A stretch of DNA of 64,000 nucleotides from Euglena gracilis. Lineage: Eukaryota. Within the stretch, counting starts at the first letter, position 1. Every line of letters begins with the position of its first letter. The notes under the pieces were generated by a model. It had not been told where the DNA came from. It did not search any database and saw nothing but the letters and a program-made list of their open reading frames with translations. The stretch lies in contig CP154954.1 in assembly GCA_039621445.1 (NCBI GenBank), positions 10,497,521 through 10,561,520 on the forward strand, written 5' to 3'. A program made the translations under genes and the position numbers. Of the stretch, positions 56,101 through 64,000 are shown in pieces.

Positions 56101-56660
56101 GTTATTTAACCAAGTGGGGAGGCAAAAAGCCCTACCTCAATTCTATTTTAAAACCCCTGCTGTATCATTGCCAAGAAAAGCAAATCAATTTGCAGGTGGT
56201 CTGGGTTCCCACAAAGGAGCAATTGGCAGACTCCCTGACCAGGGAGCAAAAGGACCCAGGGGATTATACCCTAAACCCAAACATCTTTCACCAAATTCTT
56301 CATATTTTCCGGAAGGACATAACCCCAGAGGTGGATATGTTTTGCACACCCAGCAACAAAAAATTCCACAAGTTCGTTTGTCGATACCCCCACCAAGGGG
56401 CCTTGCTGGTGGATGCCTTGAGGGCAGACTTGAGGGACCTCCCCCCAGTTTATGCAAACCCCCCCTGGAGCATCATTCCCCAGTGGGTTCAGAGGTTAAT
56501 GGTAACCCCAGACCTGCGTCGTCTGTTGATCGTACCCCACTGGGCTTCGACATCATGGTGGCGCCAATTAATGTCAATCAGGCAGCCGGGCAGCAAAGTT
56601 TTACTGGTACCCCCCCAGTGGGCTCTGTTCACCAACTGCTGGGGGGAGGAGATGCCCCCC
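56082..56660 (+). CDS. DIRS pol C-terminus: end of RNase H plus Dam-like N6-adenine DNA methyltransferase domain
   Basis: DSQVAVSYL..WVPTKEQLADSLTR (RNase H); EVDMFCT and VYANPPW methylase motifs, LLIVPHW..SWW. Confidence 0.88.
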
Positions 56661-56663
56661 CCC

Positions 56664-57720
56664 AAGGTGGAAGTTGGCCTGCTTGACTGTGTCAGGCAAA
56701 TATTACAATCCCAGAAAATTTCGATGTCCAGTATCGACACTTACATAAAAAATCTGAAAAATGTCAAGAGATATGACTCGGCATTCAGGACATTGGTGAG
56801 CCAATTGTTGCACAAGGGGGTGCCCCTGCAGGACTGCACAGTCCACAGGATGGCTGAGGCCATCCTTGATCTCGCTGTCCACAGCCTCAACACTGCACGA
56901 AATGCATATGCAGCAGTTTTATTACTCCCAGGGTTTGGGTCATTGAGGTTTTCCCCTCTTTTGTCTCCATTGAAAAGGAAATGGAATTCCAATGTCTGCA
57001 AGTATGCCCATTTTTGGGACCCCACTGATTTCTTAGAAAACATCATCAGAAAATGCAAACCCCTCTCAGACCTATCTGTAAAGGAGCTCAGAAACCGACT
57101 CATCATCTGTTGGAGGCTGTTGGCCCTCCACAGGGGGGTTGATTTAGCCAGGACACAGTGAAAAATCAGTTTCGTGGGAGAAAAAATTTTCATTTTATTG
57201 CAAAGGAAAGGGTGGCAATTCCCCAGATGGGAGGAAGTTTTGAATTTGCCACACACCCTCCTCATAAGCCCCTGGCATTTATTGAAAGAATATGTGGAAA
57301 GGACAGCCCACATGATTGGGCACAAAAATAATTTGTTATGGTCTTTGGATGGAAAAAGACCTTTGACAGCAGAAAGAGTGAATTCACTTACCAGAGAAAT
57401 TCTGCAAGAGGGGGGGGTGGACACCACCCACTGGAAACCCCACAGCACCAGAGGAGCTGGGGTTTTATGGTGGAAAAATGCTGGTTTGCAAGTGGAAGAA
57501 GTCCAGCAATTGGGTCACTGGAAAAATTTTGTGGCATTCCAAGCTCATTATTTACGAATCGGTGTCGTTTCAAAAATTCAAAATATTATGGCCCAAAGGG
57601 GGGTGCACAGTACCTCACCATCTCGAAGTGCGGAGCCCGAATGGTCTCGGACTCCCACGACAGAGGAAGGGGGAGGAAGGGACCAAGAGGGCGAAGCACA
57701 AGAAGATGGTGAGCCCAACC
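56664..57720 (+). pseudogene. DIRS tyrosine recombinase with an in-frame TGA at 57159-57161
   Basis: LHRGVDL (R), PHSTRG (HxxR), LGHW, AHYL (Y); same frame on both sides of the stop; the neighbouring element has Arg at the aligned position. Confidence 0.9.
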
Positions 57721-58096
57721 CCCCCACCCAAAAAATCAGCAGAAAAAGAAAGACATCCCAACCAGAAAGGGGACCCCCAAAAAAGCAACCCCGACCACCC
57801 ACCCAGAAACACAAAGAGAGACAACCATCCCCATCGAGGGGGGGGGCCCACCAAGCAAACATGGGAGAAGGGGGGGGCGGGGCCACGACGGTTCAGCTTC
57901 GCCAAGGTGTCGGAGGAGGCCTCATCATCGCCAACTCCGGCAACAAAGGCGCAGTAAGAAGCACCCCCCGCGCACGCACAAACACACCAGAACAGAACAG
58001 CCGGAAAGGAAAGCAGGACCTCACCATCTTCTTGTGCTTCGCCCTCTTGGTCCCTTCCTCCCCCTTCCTCTGTCGTGGGAGTCCGAGAAATTTGTG

Positions 58097-59015
58097 TCGT
58101 ACTCCCTCGAGGAAAGCCGACGAGGGAGGAAGGGACACCGAGGGCGAAGCACAAAGACATTGTGAGGCCATGCCTTGCTGTCCGGCGGTCTGCTGTGACT
58201 GTTTGGTGTGCTGGGTTAGGGGGTCCCGCTTAGGGCCGCGTCGCCAGAGTTGGCTGCATCGTCCCCGACGTGGCGACCATGGCGCCGGTTCTTTGCCTGG
58301 GGGGGTCCGGCCACCCCACCTCCCCCCCCCCCGGCCCCCATCTTCTGACCGAGGGCGTTTGAAGACAATTTTTCCTATATGGGTGGGGGGGGTCGGGCTC
58401 ACAATGTCCTTGTGCTTCGCCCTCGGTGTCCCTTCCCCCCTGTGGGCTTGCCTCGAGGGAGTACGAGACACCTCGGGCTCCGCACTTTGCCATTGAGAGG
58501 CCAGATTGTGCACTGAAAAAATGGGGGCCAGGACATTCTCCAAAGCATTTTGGGCACCAAGTCTTTGATAATGGGCTGCGAAAGCCTCCACCCCCTTCAA
58601 CTGACCAATTTCACAAACTTCTTGGGCAGAAAGGCCCAAGTTTTTGAGCAAACCAACCCCAGCCCCTCTGGTGGAGTGGGGTCCCCACACCTGGGGTGGT
58701 ACCCCATGCTGGGCCAAAAAGTTTTTGGTTATGGAGGCAACGGTATCTGCCTTAATGACTTTTTAGGAGGTTTTAACATAATTAAAAGGGGGCCCCCAGG
58801 TTACACAGAGCAACGTGTTGCCGCCACATAAGACATCATCAAATGAAAGGGACTGATTTGGGGGCACTGGGTAACAGAGACAACTCTCTCCCACTTGTGA
58901 ATTTTTGACCTTTACGTTTGATTTTGATGTAGGGTGCCACCACCCCAACATGCTGGTGGTTCTTTGGACCTGTGCCAAATCAGACGAACGATATAAACAG
59001 AGGATACGTGAACAG
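58097..59015 (-). mobile_element. 5'-truncated second DIRS element of a related family (YR C-terminal half, ICR, right end)
   Basis: LCLYRSSDLAQVQR, GPHSTRGAG, FAAHYQRLG; ICR ~58398-58500 complementary to its terminus 58097-58166; frameshifts present. Confidence 0.88.
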
Positions 59016-61063
59016 CGGCTCGAAGTAGTGATTCTTGCAAGGTTTAAAACATCAGGGTCACGCAAACGAAGAGCTGGGGGTTGATTGTCGACGCTTGCGA
59101 TGAGCATCACGTCACTTCCTAGGTTTTCATCCCGGGCAACAGGGTCCCTCAACAGCTTCCTCCTCTTAATTGTGCGGATGGAGTGTGTCCACAGGCGCAG
59201 TTTCAGTGCTGATTGTTACTCCCTCTGGTTTGGGGTCTCCAACACGTGCGGCAGAGGACTTAATATCCTGTCACGTGCTGTTTTTTTGTGCAGGTTTTTG
59301 TCTGCCGCCACGTTGTTGCCCCTGAAGATTTGGAGAAGGTCCTGCGGGAACTCTGAATTTGGACATAGGACGGAGGGTACGGCCTTGCGGAAATTCTTAA
59401 TAAAACTCCGTATCTGACCCATGCATTTGTAGGCGGATCTAAGCTTGAACTTTCCCTCTGGCTGCAAGCTGAAGTGGGAAAGTATTTTGGGAAGAAAACC
59501 CGGAATTTCTAGAAACTATTTTTGTCGAAAATGGAACTCAGAATACGAAGAGTTCATTTGGGATTATGAGGAGAATTTACGGACTGTTCAGGCTTCCATG
59601 TGGTCTTTGCATGCCCAGAGGCCGCAGGTGAAGGGGTTTACACTGAAGCTGAAAAGTCTCTGGATTACTGGATTGAATGAAGCTGGCTCAGTCAGTGTGC
59701 AATAATGGAGGTTGATAGGGTGCATACAGGGGAGGAGAAAAAGTCGTGCGTTCGTGCAAACTGCGTAAGTTCGTGTGTCTGGAACCTCTCTAGCCCAAGG
59801 TTGCACAGTCCTGTGGCCAGTAAGGAGCACGATGGGCCGCAGCCCAATCTGTCATTCCCTCTTTTTTAAGGCTCTGATTAGGTGGCATTACGTCATTCCC
59901 TAGTTCGTTTCTTACTGATGTGACTCATAACCAGGCGACAGGCTCCGTAGCCGAAATAACCGAGTTCGGTTTTCATGACTTTACAGTTTTCCAAACATGT
60001 CCTCAAAAATTCTTCCAAGAGTTTTGAATGATCAGTCTCATTTGGTGAACCGATTCAAAAATCATGGAAAAGGCTCCACAAAGTATATTTTCGAAAATTG
60101 GTTTCATTTCATTCTTTTATTGGACGATCCAACAAAAAATATCCATCATTTCTTGAAACATCCCCGGCGCTTGTTGCAAGCCAAAAGGAATTCATAGCCA
60201 TCGGAAGCATCTTCCACTTGGAGTTGTGAAATTCGTTAAGTCTTGGGCATGGTTTTTTAGAGAAAATGGCACAAAAACCACTTCATAAATTCAATTTCTT
60301 TGAATTTAGACGAAGAAAGTTGTTCGATGAGTCGTTCCATGTTGGGGAGGTAACTGGCGTGGGTCTTTGTCCTCTTGTTCAGCTTTTGATGTTTACACAC
60401 CATTGGTCTCGTCAGATGCTTTCTTTGCTACTATCAAAGTCAGTGGGCCAAAACGCGGAAACGTCCCCGGCGAGAATACTTCGACAAGGTTGGCTTGGAC
60501 CAACTCCTCGACTTGATTTTCAGTTTCCTACTCATCTTTTTTCGCGTGGGACAACATTTACCTCTCATCGGAAAGTTTTCAATTTTATTTTTCAAGTCGA
60601 TATGAACCACGGCTAGTTTGAGTGTTTTTCCAATGGCGATGTTTTGCAAGCGTCCGAACACTTCCTTCAGTGTGCAAGAGTGCAAGAGTTGTGCCGCCGG
60701 TGGGCCAGTTGGGCAAGGAATCTATCCATCCCTTGGAAAGCCAATGGCAATTAAAAAATTGGATCAACCCCAAAAAATGAGGTGTCTACGTGCTTTTCTT
60801 GGGGTTGCAAAATATGAAAACTCCTATTTGAAGGATTTTCCCTTGCCCATATTTTTGCGTTCCTTCAGTATAAGCACAAAGCTTCTTGATTGGTGGGCAA
60901 TAAGGGCTTCAAGGAATTTTTATGTTGGGAATCATCCGACATTGAAAAATATAATAAAACATTGAAAAATACGATATATGAAAAATAAATCACTGTTTGT
61001 TTGCAGTGAATTAATTTTGCAAAATTTAATCCAGACAAACCATGTCTTTTAAGAGAGGATGCT

Positions 61064-61345
61064 AGTGTACGTCCCCTGCCACTATTCCCACTGCCTGTCG
61101 GCCTACTTAAACCTTCCCGTGGGAACAGAACCAGGAGAGAAACAAAAAAAAGTCTTTCACTTAACTATTAGTTTTTATTGCCTTTGGGCGTATGCAGAGC
61201 ACAACGCAAACCAGGTTGTGATTTTGGAACTTCAGTTCCACAATGTTCTCCTATCAGAGATTTGATCTTGAAATTGCCTTTGATCATGCTTTTGATGACA
61301 TGAAAAAAATAATACCACCTGTGAAAAGAGGGGCAGATCCGAGAT
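61064..61345. repeat. 282-bp direct repeat, copy 1
   Basis: Colinear with 63605-63886, about 90% identical by eye. Confidence 0.92.
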
Positions 61346-61899
61346 TGGCCCTATTATTACGGTGTGCGCGCTGTACGCTGTGCGTCTTCTTACTGGCGGC
61401 ATATACCGCTGCGAAGTCTGCACAGCGCAGCGCGAGCACGGTGTTGTCGATGGGGTATCCCCAGAGGCGTATACCCCATAGTAATGGACTATCGCCCAAG
61501 AGAAGGGAGCATTTTGGCAAATGTGCCCGGGTTGATGTGGTTGGAGGAGAGGGGGGGGTACGCACGAACAAAAAAATTTGTCATTGCAACAAGTGCAAAG
61601 ATCCTCACGATCCTTGGTAACCGTATCGGTGTTACCCATGTGTATTTTGCAGCTTACACAGCTACAGGATTATCTCAGCCAAACGCCAAAGCACCGGTGA
61701 GATGATTTGGAAACCCATCATAGGTTTCAGAGGTTGAGAAAATAAGTTAAAAAAATGATATGAAGCCAAGCTTCGCTGTCCCTTTGGGACTGTTCGTGAC
61801 ACCGAAAACGGTGATGCACAAAACAAAATGTATGTTGTCAAGCATGTTGTGGTAACTATCCACCAAGGCAAAATAATGTATGACACAAAAAAATACACC

Positions 61900-63536
61900 A
61901 ACATGTTTTGAGCCATAGGCTCTTTAATGACACCATGATGGTGCTGCACGTGATATTTCGCCAAATATCGATTCTGGATTCGGAAATGTGAAAAAGTGGG
62001 TTGGAAATAACCATAAATTCTGCGATTCGCATGATGGTCCTAAAACCTACTCGCAATATTTGTGATTTGGGTATGAAAACATGCAATTTCAGCATGAACT
62101 TCACCACAATGACGAGATTTTTGCTCCAACCGAGAAAGTCTTTCCTCCAATTCTTGCACATAAGTTCTGGGAGCAAAACTTTCACACTGTTGTGCAATAA
62201 AGTAACCCCCCCCCAAATAACACCCCCCCGGTGTGTTTTTTGGGCACCCGAACTGGGGCCCCCAGGGGGTGTTATTTGGGGGGGTTATTTTTACATGGAA
62301 AACCAAAGGAAAACAGGGGGGGGTGTTATATGGGCGCTCGAAATCGGCCCCCGAGGGGGGGGGTGTTATTTGGGGGGGGGGGTGTTATTTGGGGGGTGGT
62401 GTTATTTGGGGGGGTTTAGGAATCACCGCTCAGTTGGAAAATGCGCTGTTGCGCTTCCTGAAAAGAAGTTGCAAGGGTGTAAAACTGCTCCAATGTAATA
62501 AATTTCCCCAATTCGGGAATTCAAAACCTTTGCTGTAATTGCAGAAAACTTGCCGTAATTGTCTCCACTTGATCAGACAAAGCCTGCAAACTAAGTTGCA
62601 AGTGGGAAAATTTTGAATCATTGCAGCATTGTGTTTCACACACCGTCTCACTCACCTTTTGGAATTTTTGTGGCAATTGTGCCTGCAAATGTGTCTCAAA
62701 TCTTTGGCGCAAATTTGTCAATTCCATACAGGGCAATGCAGGAAAGGGACCCGTATCGGGTGGTGCTTGGAATTGTCCTATAGGACTTGGATCTGTGAGC
62801 ACATGGGGAGGTTGGATAAAACATGGTGTTTCTAACCCACACTCAACAAAAATTTGATGTGGCGCAACCGCCTCAGAATCAAATCTGCCTATCGGCATTA
62901 GTGCGAGATCTCGCTGGGCAGAATAGCTGTCAGCCGATCGGCTTTCCACCAAAAGGGGTTGTGCCCGATAGAGCTGGAGTCGATAGGTGTGGAGGAGGTG
63001 GGGGAGCCCATTTGGCGCGGGGATTGCGAGACACACACATGTAGGTGTCACCCACACTGAGAGGGGGGATTACCTGTTGGTTGAGCCGCCGTTAGATGTG
63101 GACCCCGTTGGGGCTGGGAATGCTCAATAGAGCTGGGCATTTGGGTCAGGGGATGCTCAATAGAGCTGGGGAAGGGAACTATGGAGTGTGGCACACCCTG
63201 GATGGGGAAGTGCTCGAAAGAGCTGAATGTGTCCCCCGATAGGGATGAACAAGCTTGTAGGAGCCTATTATCCTCCTGCAACAATGCATAACAATTGCTT
63301 CTAAAAGAACTAGTCAATTCTTTGTAATACATGAGGGTGTTGGTGCTTGAGCTCTGCATATTTTCGGTTTGCAGAAACAAACACAAGCAAACACCAAAAG
63401 GTAAGCAAAGGAACAAACGTAGAAGGATGTGGCAGCGTATACAGCCCACAGCCTCCTGAAGCTTGTACCTGTGCTTAGCGGTTGGCTCCAAACAGCTCGT
63501 GGATGCTTTGTAGCCTATACGATTAGCACCACTCAC
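61900..63536 (-). pseudogene. Decayed ORF, Pro-rich then coiled-coil (possibly retroelement gag-like), interrupted by a MITE
   Basis: Pieces 63048-63536, 62521-63057 (LQLSLQALSDQVETITASFLQLQQRF) and 62040-62200 (YVQELEERLSRLEQK) lie between the 282-bp repeats; no diagnostic motif. Confidence 0.35.
62205..62416. mobile_element. MITE with poly-C TIRs and probable TA duplication
   Basis: TA|A(C)nAAATAACACC ... GGTGTTATTT(G)nTT|TA; internal GGTGTTATTTGGGG repeats. Confidence 0.7.
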
Positions 63537-63604
63537 CGTTTGAAGTCACCCGTTAAGATGAGGGTGGGAGAAGGGGCGTAGGAAAGAAACCGAATCTGCT
63601 ACCA

Positions 63605-63886
63605 AGTGTACGTCCCGTGACTCTATTCCCGCTGCTTGTCGGCCTACTTAAACCCTCCCGTGCGAACAGAACCAGGAGAGTAACCAAAAAAGGTCTTTCA
63701 CTTAAATATTAGTTTTTATTGTCTTTGGGCTTATGCAGAGCACAAGGCAAACCAGGATGTGATTTTGGAACTTCAGTTCCACAATGTTCTCCTATAGGAG
63801 ATTTGATCTTGAAAATGCCTTTGATCAGGCTTTTGATGACATGAATAAAATAATACCACCTGTGAAGGGAGGGACAGATCCGAGAT
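63605..63886. repeat. 282-bp direct repeat, copy 2
   Basis: Colinear with 61064-61345. Confidence 0.92.
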
Positions 63887-64000
63887 AGGATAGGCTATTC
63901 CTAATTCTGCAATTTGTATTGCAGAACCTGGAATAGTACTATTTGGCATGCCACTGTACGTTCTGCAGGTTGCTGCTATGCACAGTGTCATGGTGGTAAT

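Larger units (their letters stand above)
53442..58088 (+). mobile_element. Full-length DIRS-like tyrosine-recombinase retrotransposon (4647 bp), this copy probably inactive
   Basis: ~100-bp ITRs 53465-53563 and 57930-58029, left extension 53442-53464, right extension 58030-58088, ICR 57612-57713 complementary to both ends; RT, RNase H, methylase and YR domains in DIRS order. Confidence 0.95.

Noticed and set aside
53703-57161. Single 1152-aa RNase H-methylase-recombinase fusion protein
   Set aside because: Better explained as a chimera of two overlapping frames created by two indels
59020-61000. Continuation of the second DIRS element or a host gene
   Set aside because: YR similarity stops near 59015; the remaining short ORFs show no RT, methylase or other recognisable motif

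Overview
Eukaryotic nuclear DNA, very probably from a euglenid. Short GC-rich exons are separated by GT-AG and GC-AG introns and by nonconventional introns (Y|R borders, terminal stem pairing +n with -(n+2), C(A/G)G at +4..6 opposite CTG at -8..-6). 1-8.7 kb is transposon debris: an alternating purine-pyrimidine microsatellite, TA-flanked MITEs, a fold-back relic and a decayed hAT transposase. 8.7-28.9 kb is a ~20 kb satellite of 78-bp units (34+44-bp subunits) with higher-order repeats. 29.4-33.1 kb holds the 3' exons of a coiled-coil gene, and 33.1-38.6 kb a possible minus-strand gene. 38.8-52.6 kb is a secreted GT61-like glycosyltransferase gene whose introns carry hAT-type MITEs (CAG...CTG TIRs, 8-bp TSDs). 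53.4-58.1 kb is a structurally complete DIRS retrotransposon (RT, RNase H, Dam-like methylase, tyrosine recombinase, ITRs, ICR) with ~3 kb of dual coding, joined tail-to-tail to a truncated relative. 61-64 kb has 282-bp direct repeats around a decayed ORF. Top lead: one nonconventional intron (39764-40072) looks like a hAT MITE. The 3+5 nt offset of euglenid intron ends equals one 8-bp TSD, suggesting hAT MITEs act as introners. All calls were made by eye, without database searches or RNA data.
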